64,000 nucleotides of DNA from the human T2T-CHM13v2.0 reference genome, Homo sapiens: NCBI RefSeq assembly GCF_009914755.1, contig NC_060932.1; one strand, written 5' to 3'. A program made the position numbers and the translations under genes. Under the pieces are notes generated by a model, which saw nothing but the letters and a program-made list of their open reading frames with translations, made no database searches and had not been told where the DNA came from. The first letter of the stretch is position 1. Each line of letters begins with the position of its first letter. Below, in pieces: positions 45,043-62,228 of this stretch.

Positions 45043-46714
45043 ATATTTAAAATGTGTAGTTTTTATCCCAAAAATTTATAAGATATGCAAAGAAACAGCA
45101 AAGTGTGATCCATACTCATGAAAAAAAGTGAATAGTCTCTTCGTATCTGCAGATGTTGGATTTAGCAGACAAGAACTTAAAAGCAACTGTTATATTTAAA
45201 TTACTAAAGGAGACCATTTTCAAAGAACTAAAGAAAAGTAGAACAAAAATGAATTAACATATAGAGAATTCCAGTAAGGAGACAGATGTTGTAGGAGAAA
45301 GATCCAAATGTAAATTCTGTACTTGAAAGGAACAACTGAAATAGAAATTCACCAGATGGGTTCAACAGCAAGTTCTAGATGGCAGAAGAAATAATGTGTG
45401 TGAAGATACATCAATAGAAAGTATCCCATCTTAAAAACAAAGTAAATGCTATTGAATAAAATAAACAGAGATTCAGAGACCTGTGAGACAAAGCCACATA
45501 TGTATAATGGAAGTCTCAGGAAAGGAGGAAAGAGAGAAAAGTACAGAGAAAATATTTTAATAAATATGGCCCCAAACTTCCCCATTTTGATGAAAAATAC
45601 CAGAATACACGCAAAATAGCTCCAAAAACTCCATATAAAATAAATATAAAGATATTCACACCTAAACCCATTATAGTTAAATGATTGAAAGTCAAAGAGG
45701 AAAAAAAAAATTCAAAAGAAACAAGAAAAAAATGGACTCTATTTATATTTCTAGGGACCTATCATCATGATTAATAGCTCACTTCTCACCTGAAACGATG
45801 GAGGCCACGCAGTAAAGAACATATTCAAAAGCACTGAAGGAAAAAACAATTATCAACCGAGAATTCTATACTCGCCCAAGCTACCCTTCAAAGATGAGGC
45901 AAAACAGAATTCTGGTGCTGGACAAAATGAAGTAGATATACTTCTCCCTGTTTTAGCTAAGTACAGCTAAAATCCCTGAACATTATAAACAAGACAAGTA
46001 TAAACAGACTCAGAAAGGTGGCGAGAAAAGGCAGATCACTTTGGTATCTCAGGACCTGAGGAATGAGAAAGTGATGAGTTCCATGAATTCCCCTGTTGTT
46101 TCTTATATCCCAAACTGACTGCTGGAGACATCAGCAACCTGAGAACACCAACAAGAGAAGGCCAAAAAAGCCCCAAGAAAACTCTTCTCTCTCTAGCCAA
46201 ATTACAATAAAACGAGCAATCTAAAAATATACAAAAGAAAAAGAGGAGAAGGCTGAAAAAGAGCTTAAAGAAATAACGGCTGAAAAAGTCCCAAATTTGG
46301 CAAAATACATAAATCTATATATTTGAGAAACTGAATGAATGCCAAATAGTATAAATTCAAAGAAATCCATGCCAAAACACAACATAATAGAGCTTCTGGA
46401 AACTAAATTCAAAGAAAAAGTCTTTAAAGAGGCAAGAGAGGAATAGCACATTATCTATAGCAGAACAAAGATTCAAACACTGTAGATTTCTTACCAAAAA
46501 TCATGGAAGCCAGAAGGAAGTAGCACAGTTTTCAAAAGCTGAAATAAAGATAGTGTCAATGTGAAATTCCACATCCAGCAAAAATATCCTTCAGGAATAA
46601 AAGAGAAATCAAGACATGTTCAAATAAAGGAAAACTAAAAGAATGTGTTACAACTAGACCTATCCAAAAAGAATGCCTAAGAAAACAGAAAGAAATAAAA
46701 AAAAATAATAAATT

Positions 46715-46945
46715 TTGTGAGACCAGTCTAGGCAACATGGTAAAATCCTATCTCTACTAAAAAAAATACATAAATTACCCTGGCATAATGGCATGTACCT
46801 GTGGTCCTAGCTACTTGTGAGGCTGAGGCAGGAGGATCACCTGAGCCTAGGAGGTCGAGGCTACAGTGAGGAGCCAAGATCACGCCACTACATTGCATCC
46901 TGGGTGACAAAGCAAGACCTTGTCTCAAAAATAAATAAATGAATA
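46715..46945 (+). mobile_element. 5'-truncated AluJ
   Basis: gagaccagtctaggcaacatgg...gaggtcgaggctacagtgag. Confidence 0.85.
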
Positions 46946-47004
46946 CATTTTGTAATTTCAGGAAAAAAGAAAAAAACAACGAAAAAAGTAAAAATAAGTA
47001 TAAA

Positions 47005-47681
<677 letters not shown>

Positions 47682-48089
47682 TAACTTGTGTTTCATCACT
47701 GATGACAAAGTTATAATATTGTCTGATGTTCCCAATGTATAAAGAGAAAATATTTAAGAGAATTATATTATAAATGGAGAGGTAATGAATCTTAAATGGA
47801 GGGACGCTTTCTATACTTCACTTGAACTGGTAAAATGTCAAGATCACCACAGCATAAGGAATTACGTAACACTTAAGAGTAACCCATTAAAAATCTACAC
47901 TAAGATGTACTCAAAAACACTACAGACATCTAAAACACATTCAAGTAACCCACAAAGGACAGGAAAAAGAAACAGACAAAACAGAGAAACACAAAAGAAA
48001 ACAAAAATGAAGGCAAAATAAAGACATTCCTAGATAAACAAAGACTAAAAAAAGTTATTGGTAGCAATTCAGCCTTATAAGAAACACTA

Positions 48090-48200
48090 AATACTTTGGG
48101 AGGCTGAGGGGGAAGGATTGCTTAAGACCAGCAGTTTGAAGCCAGCCTGGGCAACACAGCAAGACAGCAAGACCCTATATCTACAAAAAAAATTTTTAAA
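48090..48200 (+). mobile_element. FLAM-like Alu monomer
   Basis: actttgggaggctgagg...gccagcctgggcaacacagcaagac. Confidence 0.8.
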
Positions 48201-48442
48201 AGAAGAAATATTAAAGCATTTTCTTCAAATTGAAAAAAAAAAGGCACAGAAAAAAAGTACCATAAATAACAAATAATTGAGTTACTACAAGGGACTCTCT
48301 AAATATATTTTATGTGTTGCCTTCTTTAAAATACATAGAATTAGATAAAGAAATAATTATAACCTTGTATGGTTGTTACCATGACATATCTACAGGACCA
48401 TCTATATGACAATAATGGCACAAAGAGTGGGGGATACAGCTA

Positions 48443-48924
<482 letters not shown>

Positions 48925-49550
48925 TCAATGGAATACTAAAGTATGTATTTAACACAAAATAAAGCAGTAAAGGAGAAATAGGAGAACAAAAGACCTACAG
49001 ACAAAAAATGGCAAAATGCCAAATGTAATCCAACCATATCAATAGTTATATTGAGTTAAGGGCCTAAGCTCACTTTTTGTTTTTGTTTTTTGGTAATGTT
49101 GTTTGTTTGTTTTTTGCACATGGCTATTCAATTATCCCAGAACCATTTGTTGAAAAGACTATCTTTTGCCCTAGTGATTTGTTAGCATCTTTGTCAAAAA
49201 TCGATTAACCGTAAATTTCACAAATCTCAATTCTGTTCCACTGATCCATATTTCCATCCTTGTGCCAGCACTACACTGACTTGATTACTGTGGCTTTATA
49301 GTTATATTTTAAAACTGGGTACAATTTCAGCCATTATTTTTCATTCCTGTAATATACTTGCCATATTTTAGAATCAAGATTATACTAGCCTCATAAGAAG
49401 TGTTTCCTCTTTTTCTATTTCCTGGAAGAGTTTGCACAAGACTGTTGTTCTTTCTTCCCTAGGCATTTGGAAGAATTCACCAAAGAAACCATTTAAACTT
49501 AGAGGTTATTTCATGGGAAGGTCCTATTTATACTCAGAATCAATTTCTTT

Positions 49551-50266
<716 letters not shown>

Positions 50267-51083
50267 TAAATTGTCCTTTTTGAGACATTTGTCCATTTTT
50301 CCAGCTAATCAAATTTATTGCAATAAAATTGTTCATAAAATTATCTTATATTTCGATATCTGTAGGATCTATAGCTCTGTTCTTTCCATTCCTGTTATTG
50401 GTAAATTCTTTTTCTTTATTTTATGATTGATCATATATGCAGCAAATAATTTTATAAATTTTTTGAACTTTTGACTCTTGATTTACTGTTTTACATTTTT
50501 AAAAAGATTTAACTGATTTCTGCTTTTATGGTCTTTTTTCTTCTTTCCTTATGTTAAATTCACTCTTCCTTTTCTAGCATTCTAAGATGGAAACTTACTC
50601 GAATATGTACATTTAAGGCTAGATCATTCCGTCTAAGCACCACTTTACCTCCATCCTACCAGTCTTGACATGTGTTAATAATATTACTCAATTATTTTCT
50701 AGTTTCTATTTTTATTTCATCTTAGACCTCTGAATTATGTTAAACTGCATTGTTAAATTTTTAGTGGGGGTGTTTTTCTTGTCATTTTGTTATTAATTTC
50801 TACCTCAATTCCATGATAATCAGATAACATACTCTGAATGATGTCAATCATTTGATATTTACTGATGCTTTTTTATGGCTCAGTATATGGTTATTTATGA
50901 TACATGTTTTATGGCGTTGTTGGGTGTGATCACATGCCAATTACATCAAGCTTTTTAACTGTGTCATTCAGGTCTCCTACGTGCTCACTGGTCCTCTGAA
51001 TTTCATTGTTCTATCAGCTATTCAGAGAGTTGTATTAAAGCCTCCCACTATGATTGTGAAATTGACTATCTTTTGGTTCTTAA

Positions 51084-51376
51084 TTTTTTTTTTTTTTTTT
51101 TTGAGACAGTCTCACTCTGTCACCCAGGCTGGAGTGCAATGGCACAATCTTGGCTCACTGTAAAACTTCCACCCCCCAGGTTCAAACGATTCTTCTGCCT
51201 CAGCCTCCTGCGTAGCTGGGATTACAGGCGCCCACCACTTTGCCCAGCTAGTTTTTGTATTTTTAATAAAAACGGGGTTTCACCATGTTGGCCAAGCTGG
51301 TCTTGAACTCCTGAACTCTGCCCACCTTGGCCTCCCAAAGTGCTGGGATCACAGGTGTGAACGACCGTGCCCGGCC
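51084..51376 (-). mobile_element. AluS
   Basis: Antisense dimer with T tail. Confidence 0.92.
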
Positions 51377-51577
51377 TTGGTTCTTCAATTTTTTGTTTTA
51401 TATATTTTGAAGCTGTTGGTAAGAGCATACAGATTTAGTACTGTGATATTTGTAAGATAGGTACTTTTTATAATAAAAAGAACATCTTTATAATAAAGCA
51501 ACGCATCTTGGCTTAAAAAACAGTTTGTCTAATATTAGCATAGCTACATCAGCTTTTTTGGGTTAGTGTTCACGTGG

Positions 51578-51605
51578 TGTATATGTGTGTGTGTATATGT
51601 GTGTG

Positions 51606-51647
<42 letters not shown>
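51578..51647. repeat. (TG)n microsatellite with TA interruptions
   Basis: Pure (TG) run of about 17 units at 51612-51645. Confidence 0.92.
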
Positions 51648-51648
<1 letters not shown>

Positions 51649-54365
51649 CCTTTACTCTCTACCTTTCTGTGTTTCTATATTTTAATTAGGACTCCCGTGA
51701 GAAGAAGAGATTTGAGTTTCTTTTTTATTTAGTCTGGAAATATCCTACTAATTATATTAGCAATATTGACATAATGTGGTTTATATATAAATGTACTATT
51801 CATTTTCTATTTGGCCCATATATTTTTTGTCCCTTTCTGCCTTTTCTTAACTTCTTTTGGAGTAGTCAAATAATTTTTCTTAATCCATATCATCCATCTA
51901 TCCACTTAGTTATACTTTACAATTATTTTAACCACTTCTCTGATATTGGCAAAAACTTAGAATCTTTGGCTTCTATTCACCAACCCCCACCTTTTATGTT
52001 TTTGTTGTTATGCATTTTAATTCTATATATATTTTAAATTTCATGAGACACAGTTATTGCCTTGTACAATAAATATTCATTTATATTTACCACACATTTT
52101 CTCTTTTTTTTCCTTTTCATCCTGCATATTATAGTTCCATCCTGGATCATTTTTCTTCTACCAGAATAACTGTCTTTTATTATTCTTTTAACGCAGGCCT
52201 GTTGGCAACAAATGCCCTCAGTTCTCATTTGCTTCAAAATGTTTTTATTTCACTATATTTTTTGAAGCATATTTTACTGAGTTAAGATTCTAGATTGTGT
52301 CTTATTTTTCTTTCATCATTTCAAAGTTGTTATTAAATTACTTCCAGCTTTCATCATTTCTGTTGAGAAGTCAGCTGTCATTTCTATTGTTGTTTTTTGG
52401 AAGGTAATGTGTCTTTTTTTTTGCTTCTGGATGCTTTTAAGATTTTCTCTTCACTTTTCAACAGTTTTACTAGGATTTGCCTGCTTGTGGTTTTGCTTGT
52501 GTTTCTCTTGCTTGAGGTTCTGAGTTTTTTAAACATGGGGATCGATATTCATAAGTTTTGAAAAATACTAATTTGGTATTTCTAAAATATTGATTTTGTC
52601 TTATGTTTCTCTTCTCTTTCTGAAACTATAATACTATATATAGAGTACATATACACACATATATAGTATTATGTGATACACATTATGAATATGTCCCATG
52701 TGGCTCTTATGCCATGTACGTTTTCTTTTTTTGTCTCTGGGCACTTGACTTCTCTTCTAGTGTTAAAATTTTGTATTCTGCTGTGTCTAATCTGCTGTTG
52801 AAACTACCCATTTCATTATTAATTTCAAACATGTTTTTTTGAATTCTACAAATTCTATTGACTCTTTGTAATTTACAGTTTTTTTTGAAGTTCTGAATCT
52901 TTTCATTCATTCTGTCCACCCTGCCTCCATTTTATTTAATTTATGGTTATTCTAAAGCTCCTGTCTGCTACCTCCAATATCGGAATCCTATGTGATTCTG
53001 GCTCCATTCATGACTTAAAGTCTACTTTGCTGCACCAGCTTTCTCTTGGTTAGTGTTTACATCATTTCTTTCCTGTATTTTACTTTCAAAGTTTTTGTGC
53101 TCTTATTTTTAGAATACACAAGTAACATATGCTTTTCTTTTAAAATCCATACAGGCATTGTTAATGTCTAGATCGTAAAGTTATATTTTTTCACTTCTTT
53201 GTATAGTTAGTAATTTTTACATGTTTAATCTTAATGAAATTTAATACATTTAAATACTTACCACTGTGTATTTAGAAAGAGAACAAGAATGGAGGTTCCA
53301 CATGTTGCCTTCCACCATAGCAGAGCCCTCTGTGCTCTACTGTGCGGATAAATTCAAAGAATGATCATTTCCATCCAATCGGGGATTTAGCTGGGTTATG
53401 GCTGGTTTTGCAGTCAAACCTCAGATAAACTCAGTCTTCCTCTCATGATGCTTATTTTCTGGGCATGTCCTTGCAACCTCCTCACAGAGAAACTGGCAGG
53501 TGTCAAACACCTTCACCTTGAAGATCTGCAGGAGATTCGGGGTTCCCAGCCTTTTCCCCCAGGCAGCTTCATCCTGGTGCCTGTCTTGAGCAGCAGGTGA
53601 CTGGTGATCCTGATGCAGATTCCTCCATTGATGGGTCTTTGTTCCCTCAGCATTGGAGGCTGCAAGGTTCTTCCCTTTGACATTTAGGTAACAGTCTAGC
53701 TGTCCAGACGCCCATACAGCTTGAAATTGGGCACTTGGGTCTCTCAAGTTTCTAGTTTCTCTTCCAGACCCACACAACTCCACTCCTAAAAGCCTTACTG
53801 GCTTCTCTCTGCCCCTGCAGGTGATCTCTTTCTTTCCGGACCAAGTCTGATTCTCAGCCCAGAGACAGGATTGACAAATGTCCCCCAGGGGACAGGAGGG
53901 ACGAAAACCTGTTAGCAGTGACAGCTCATTTCATAATAGTGATGATTCCTTGAAATTTCAGTTGATTTAGTCCTCATCGGTCCCACAGTTTTCCTATGCT
54001 TTTAAAAAATTCCTATGATTAAAAAAAATTGATCTAGCTTTTTTTCTGGGTGGGAGCGCTGGTCTACCATAATTTACAGCATCCTACCCAGGAGTGAAAA
54101 TCCAAACATTATTTTTAAAATACGAACTGGAAAGAAAAATCATCTACTCCCAAGTCTATAGTATCCATCGGGACTTTTGCTTCAACACTCATGACAGTAA
54201 TCTTTTGTAAAATGCAACATTTTCCCTTTCAAATATTAGTTATAAGTATGACCCATCTATTCTCTTAAAGGACATCCTGCGGAACAGAAAAAAACGGATC
54301 TAGGTTTTTGTTGTTGTTGTTGTGCACTGAAGGAGGAAGCAAGTGTAAGGCTGCAGTCTGACCCT

Positions 54366-54785
54366 TGTTAAAGCAAACTAAATATGGCCTGAGAAGGACT
54401 CTGTACTTCTATATTTGAGTCCTTGTGGACAAACTAACCTAGGCAGACAAGGCTGAAACCCTAACTTAGGAGTATGCACCTGTAACGATAGCTGAGTCTT
54501 GGTCAATCCCAGCAGCCACACTTCAACCATTCATTCACTGCTGACGGTTCAAACTATGTTCAAACAAGGCAAATGCCAAACTTAACCAATCCAGTTGTTT
54601 CTGTACCTCACTGCAGATTCCTATAGGTCACTTCCCCCCGCCTTTTTTTTGGTCTGTAAATTTGTTCTGACCATGAGGCATCCCTGGAGCCTCTCTGTGA
54701 CTCTGAGGGCTGCCCAATTCACGAATCTTTCATTGCTCAGTTAAACTCCTTTAAATATAATTCAGCTGAAGTTCTTCTTTTAACA
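54366..54785 (+). mobile_element. MER57A-like ERV1 solo LTR
   Basis: tgttaaagcaaactaaatatggcctgagaaggactctgtacttctatatttgagtcc...gaagttcttcttttaaca. Confidence 0.8.
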
Positions 54786-55942
54786 CGGTGGACTCTGTTC
54801 CTTCCTGTGTTACACTGGGCAAGTCGTTATTTCTCTTGGTCTCTGTGCCCTGGAATTTGAAATAAGGTTCCTTTGATCCTATTTCAAACAACAACAACAA
54901 AAAAACCTATTCTCTACCTGCTATATCAACGCTGTTACAACTGCACACAGGGGGGCCTTACTTGGATTCTGTTTGTTGGAAATGGGCCCCAACACAATGA
55001 AAGTTCAAGAAGAGAAGTGTGGTTTTCTGGCTGCTGTTTCAAGTGGCTAACTGTCCTCTGACATTATTCCATCAGTGCCAGAGTGGAATGAAAATGAGAG
55101 GACTCAGCATACGGGAGAGGCACAAAGGGCTGGGGACAGTTAAGCCCCACCTCCCTCCATCCTTCCAGCTATGAGGGCTGATAATTTGCAAATCAGGAAT
55201 CCTGGAGCTGGACAGAGGAACCCCCTAGGCCTCTGTGGTTCTCGGAACAGGGGCCACCCTAAGACGCCAGGGAAAGCAGGCCAGGGAACTGGAGACGAAG
55301 TGAGGACGCGGATGATGTAGCCTGAGGGACTTTGTCAATTCATCACTCTCTCTGACCTAGTTTAGGGACTGTCGGTCTGGTGGCATCTGCTACAAGAGAA
55401 AGAAATTTAACACATAAACACGAGTTGGGGGAGGAGAGCTGAGCTATTTGGGACAGGAGACAGACTAAGAAATAGAAAGTCTTCCCCATGGATTATAGCC
55501 GTTTCTTTTTCCACTTTTGTATCTGAGCTATGCCCTAATTCTTTCTTGTTACAAGCCAGCCAGGGTATTTGAGCACAAGGTGACAAAGACTGAACTCCAG
55601 TTTTATTAACTCCATCTGGGATGGAGGGTTATAAGGCAGGTCCTGGCCTTGAGCCTTCATACAGGAATTGGTTAGACTCTGACTGATTCTGTTTGGACTG
55701 AAGAACTGCAGCCTTCTAAGAATGTGAACTCTAGTCTTGAATTGAGCTTGTTCTTGTAATTCACTGTTTTCTTTTTTTTCTGAGCAGTTGGATGAAATTC
55801 CGAGTCTCCATTCACCCTCTGAGCTGGAATAAAGGAGGCAGATGGTCCTGAGTCCAGATAACAGGACAAGGATCCTATCACAGCCCAAACTGTCCGATCA
55901 AATCAGACGGTTACCCAATTAGGGATTAGAAATGAGATTGAG

Positions 55943-56262
<320 letters not shown>

Positions 56263-56555
56263 TGAGTCTGTCATTCTAACTAGGTTCTGAGAAAATTGAC
56301 TTTGTGAGTTAGCAGATTCTGAGGGCTTATCACCTGCAGCACATTGGGCTCCGAACATCAAAGTGCTATCATTCACAACTGGATGGGAAGTCCCATTATT
56401 GTCATTCATGTTTATTACCATGTGCTGGATACTGGACTGATACTCAGCAGCATCCTGGCCCTCTTCACCTCTCCCAGGATCATAGTGGCTGAAATCTTTG
56501 AAACATTGTTTTCCAGACTCTTCATGGCAGTATGGGTGGTGGGTAAGTTCCTGTT

Positions 56556-56908
56556 TGTATTAGTCCATTCTCACCCCACTATGAAGAAATACCCCAAACT
56601 GAGTAATCTGTAAAGAAGAGAGGTTTAATTGACAATTCCACATGGCAGGGGAGGCTTGAGGAAACTTAACAATCATGGCGGAAGGCACCAGGGCAGCAGG
56701 AGAGATAATGGGTGCCAAGTGAAGGAGGAAGCCCCTATAAAACCATCAGATCTCGTTAGAACTCACTCACTATCACCGCTATCATGAGAACAGCATGGGG
56801 GAAACTGCCCTCATGATTCAATTGTCTCCACCTGGTGCTGTCCTTGACACATGGGGATTATTACAACACAAGGTGAGATTTGGGTGGGGACACAGCCAAA
56901 CCATATCA
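56556..56908 (-). mobile_element. THE1 MaLR solo LTR
   Basis: tgtattagtccattctca...gagatttgggtggggacacagccaaaccatatca; TSD ctgtt/ctgtc. Confidence 0.9.
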
Positions 56909-58675
56909 CTGTCCATGGTCTCCATCACTTCACAGTGCTTCTGATGCCTTTGACACCTTGATTTCTTCCTCTAGGAACGCTGGATTAAGTGGCCCCAAGG
57001 ATGTATCCCAGTTGTATCCTTCTGTGACTCTAATACGCCCCTCTCTGTAATCTTGGTTTCCATTACTTGGATCCTTCTCGTTTCTCTAATAACAGACACT
57101 TGCAGAGAATGTTGTCCTTTCTGCAAAACTTTCACACGTATCTCCTTGAATTCTCACAGCCTTCCTGCAAGGCAGTTAGCACTAACTCCTTTGTAGAGAC
57201 AAGGAAACTCAGGCTGACAAATGCAAGTGAACTTGTCCTGGGTGTGCCGACTTTAAGTGCCCTGCTCTGCACTCCACCCACACCGCCTCGTTGACGGCCT
57301 TTCTCTCTCTGGCCACCCTGTTCCTCCTTTTTCTCTTGCCAATCCATTAGGGGTCAAACCCAGAGCCCAAGCTTTGCTTTTGGCTTGTTTCCCAAGAAAC
57401 CAGCTTTATTTGGAAGCTCACCCAATTACACCGTTTCATTACTATCTGTTGAGAGATGATGCTCACCCCCGGCTCATAGCCAATATGCTCTCCCCCACCC
57501 ACATGCAAGATTGCATTATGTTTCTGTGGGCCCCAGTCAACTTTGCCTTCCTGTACCACTTCCTCCACATAGCCACGTTTTCCAATTATATTGTCATAAA
57601 GATGAATATCTTAGCATGTATTAAAACATTTTCTTTGACTTTTTTTCCAATCATAAAATAAATTAAAATATTTTCATGAGCCCCTGAAAGTACTGTAGGC
57701 CCTAGGCACTGTGCCTATCCTACCTAGCGGATACCTAGGCCTTGGCTACATGATTCTTCCATATTCCGAGACTAAGGAAATAGTCATCCAAAAGGGTTAA
57801 GGAACAAGCTAGGAATAGTTTCTAGCTTCCTGAGTGGAAATTTTCCACCACCCTGAGTGGAAAGTTTCACAATTCACAGAGCATAGAGTAGAGTGCTTCT
57901 CAGTAGGCTGTTAGTCCTAGACTAAATGCTGCTCTGCTCCCATCTCAGAAAACTTAAAAACAAGTCCTGAAAGAACTAAATGGTTTCCAAGTAACTTAAA
58001 TGTGTCACAGAGTAAAACTCAGGAATACCTAGAGGAATACAAAAATATCCAGCACCCCAAAAAGCAAAATTCACAACGTCTCTGTTATCCAATCAAAAAT
58101 TACCAGGCATGCAAAGAAGTGATAAAATAAGCCCCATAATGAGAAAAATGAGTCACTCAAAGAAAGCCAGAAATAACACAGATAATAGAATTAAAAGACA
58201 AGGACACTTAAACAGTGATAATAAAGGCATTAAACACATTCAAGAAGCTAGAGGAAAGATTGAACATTTTAGTAGATATAGAGATGATGCATTAAAGCCT
58301 CCAATCAAACATCAAGAGAAGAAAAAATCAAAAGATGAAAACCACAATGTCTGAGATGAAAAATACGCTGGCTGGGATGAATAGCAGATTGAACATTGTA
58401 AAAGAAAAGGTTAGTGCACTTGAAAATACAGCAACAGAACAACTGAATAGATCCAAAACAAAACTTAGAGATGAGTTAGAAAAGCTTAAAAAATGATCAG
58501 AGTATTTGTGGGTCATTTCATCGGCGTTCCCAAAGAAGCTGGGGAGGGCTGAAAAATATTTGAAGATTTCATGGAAGTTTCTAAGCTTGATGAGAATGAC
58601 AAACCTGCAGATTCAAGAAGCTCAATAAAATCCAAGCATAAGAAACACAAACACTACATCGGGGCACATCACAAA

Positions 58676-59150
58676 TGTATTAGTTTCCTAGGTCTGCTGT
58701 AACAAAAACTATGTGGCTTAAAATAAATTTATTCTGTCACAGTCCTGGAGGCCAGAGCCTGAAATCAGGATGTTGCCAGGGCCATGCTCTCTCTGAAGGT
58801 CCTAGGGGAGGAGGCTTCCTTGCCTCTTTGTAATTCTGGTGGCTGCCACCAATCCTTGGTGTTCCTTGGCTTGAAGCATCAGTCCCATCTTTACTTCCAT
58901 CATCATGTAGCATTTTCTTTGTGTGTCTTTGTCTCCATACAACGTTCTCTTCTCTGTGTATCTATGTTCAAATTTCCCTCACCTTATAGAGACACCAGTC
59001 ATTAGATTGGGGCCCATTCTAATCTGGTATAACTGCATCTAAACTTGATTACACCTGGAACAACCATATTTCTAATCAGGTCACATTCACAGGTACCAGG
59101 GGTTAGGACTTGAATGTATTATTTTGTGGTAACACAATTCTACCCACTTT
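58676..59150 (-). mobile_element. MLT1C-type MaLR LTR
   Basis: tgtattagtttcctaggtctgctgtaaca...ggtcacattcacaggtaccaggggttaggacttgaatgta. Confidence 0.85.
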
Positions 59151-61868
59151 AATAATCAAATTACTTAAAACCAGTGATTAAGAGAAAATAATTAAAGCAG
59201 CCAAATGGGTTAAAAAATTGTATGCACCATACACAGAGGAACAAAAATAAGAATGATAGCAGATTTTTAACTAGAAACAATACAAGCCAAAAAAAAAAAA
59301 AGACAATGGAGCAACATCTTTAAATTACTGAAAGAAAAGAGACGTCAACATAGAATTTTATGTCCAACAAAACTGTGCCTTATAAACAAAGGCCAAAAAA
59401 AGACTTTTTCAGACATACAAAAGCTGAAAGAACTAATCACCAGCAGAAATACACTCTAAGAAATCTTAAAGAAAGTCTTCCAAGTAGAAGGAAGATGACA
59501 CCAGAAGGAAACATGGATCAACCAAGAGAAAACGAGCACTAGAAATAACTGTGAGTAAATATAAAATAATTTGTATAATAATTTATATATATTTGATTTT
59601 ATTATAATTATTTAATAATTATTGTTATTTAAATATATTTAAAAAGTAATTGGCCATTTAAAGCAAAAAATAATAAAATTGTATTCTGGAGTTTATACTC
59701 TGTTTAGAATAATATATGATAACAACAGCATAATGACCAGGTGGAGAGAAATGGAAATATACTATTTTAAGGTATTTATAGTATACAATAAGTGATAACT
59801 GATAATTATGGTGATAAGTTGCACTGTAAATCTTAATGCAACCACTAAAATAACACAATAGATATAGCTAATATGCCAACAAAGGAGATAAAACAGAATC
59901 ATTAAAAAATTCATTATCCTAAAAGAAGACAGAAAAACATTAAAAAAGGCATGAAGAATAAATAGGACAAGAAGAAAACAAATAGATACATGGAAGATTT
60001 AAACCTAACCATATAAATCATCACACGAAATATAAATAGTCTAAAACACCACTTAAAGTCAGAGACTGTCAGATTGGCTAAAAAACAAACAAACAAACAA
60101 ACAAACAAAAAACCCACAACTCAACTATATGCTGTACAAACTCACCTTAAATAACCAGATACAAGTTGATTCAAAGTAAAAATAACGGAAAATTATATAT
60201 CCTGTGTACACTCATCTAAAGAAAGTTGGAGTGGCTATATTAATATAAGACAGGGTGGATTTCAGAACAAAGAATATCACTAGCAATAAAGAGGGTCATT
60301 TTGTAATACAAGAGGGTCAGCTCATCAAGAGGATATAAAAATCTTAAACATTTCTGCATCTCGTGACAGAACTTCCAAATATATGAAGCAAAAACTAGCA
60401 AAACTATATGGAGAAACAGACACACCAACAATTAAAGTTGGAGATTTAAATACCTCTCTCTCATTGATAAAACTGGTAGAAAGAACATCAGTAAGGATAC
60501 AGAAATCTTGAACAACACAATCAACCAACTTGACTTAGTTGACATTTACAGTATACTTCACCTAATGATGGCAAAATATATGTTCTTCTCAAGCATACAT
60601 GAAACATTTACCATAATAGATCCTATTCTGGTTCATACAAGAAGTCTCAATAAACTCAAAAGCATACAATGTTTTTTGACAACAATGGAATTAAATTAGA
60701 AACTGGTAATAGACCTCTGGAAAATATTCCAATATTAGGAAACTAACACATTCTAAATAATCCATAAGTCAAAGAAGAACTCAAAAGAAAAATTTAAAAA
60801 TAGTTTGAACTAAGCAAAAATGAAAACACAATGTATCCAGATTTGTAAGATCCCATGTAAGGCAGGGAAATTTATAGCAGTAAATACCTGTATTATAAAA
60901 GAATACAGGTCTCAAGCCAATGTCCTGAGCTTCCAAGTAGAAACTAGTAAAATGGAGAGAAAAGTAAAGCTAAAGTAAGCAGGAGAAAGAAAATAATAAG
61001 ATTAGGGCAGAAATCAATTAAATATAAAATTCAATAGAAAATTTTAGAGAAAAATCAATAAAATTTGGTTTATTCAAAAGGCAATAAAATTGATAAACCT
61101 GTAGAATGACTGATCAGGAAAAAAACGTAAACAAATTGCCAATGTCAGGAATGAGAGAGGTAAGATCACTATGAATTTTATGGATATTAAGATAAGGAAA
61201 TATTATGCAAATACATTACATAACTTAGATGAAAAGGAGAAATTACTTAAAAAAAACCAAAATCTACCAAGGCTCATTCAGGAAGTAGATAATCCAAATG
61301 GTCCTGTATCTATTAAACAAATTAAATTTGCAATTAAAAATCTTCGTGCATAAAAAACTAAAGACCCAGAGGGCTTCACTGGCAAGTACCACCAAACATT
61401 TAAGGAAGAAATAATAACAGAATAATAACAATTCAAACTTTTCCAAAAAACCGAAAGATACCTCCCAGCTGATTCTATTAAGCCAGCATTACCAAAACCA
61501 GGTAAAGACATTACAAGAAAACTCAGACAAATATTCTTCATGAAAAAAGATGCAAAAATAGTTAAGAAAATTTTAACAAGTCAAATCCAACATTGTATAA
61601 AAGGGATACAAATCATGACCAAGTAGGTTTATCCCAGGAATACAAGGTTGAATTAAGACTCAAAAATCAGTCGAAATAATTCACAATATTTACAGACTAA
61701 TAAGGAATGTCTGTATGATCATTTTCTGGATGCAAAAAAAACAGCTGACAAAATCTGAATCCATTCCTGATAAAAACAAACTTTCTGCAGACTAGAAAGA
61801 GAAGGAAAACTGACAAACAGCTTGTATGAAAAATCTACCGTTAACATCATATTTAATGGTAAAAGACT

Positions 61869-62228
61869 GGCATAGTTTGGCTGTGTCCCCACCCAAATTT
61901 CATCTTGAATTGTAGCTCCCGTAATTCCCACATGTCGTGGGATGGACCCAGTGGGAGATAACTGAATCATGGGGGTGGTTTCTCCCATACTATTCTCATG
62001 GTAGTGAATAAGTCTCACGAGATCTGATGATTTTATAAGGAATTTCCCCTTTCACTTGGCTCTCATTCTCTCTTGCCTGCCGCCATGTAAGGTGTGCCTT
62101 TTGCCCTCTGTCATGATTGTGAAGCCTCCCCAGCCACATGGAACTTGAGTCCATTAAACGTCTTTTTCTTTATAAATTACCCAGTCTCGGGTATGTCTTT
62201 ATCAGCAGTGTGAAAACAGACTAATACA
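61869..62228 (+). mobile_element. THE1 MaLR solo LTR
   Basis: atagtttggctgtgtccccacccaaatttcatcttgaattgtagctccc...cagcagtgtgaaaacagactaataca. Confidence 0.9.
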
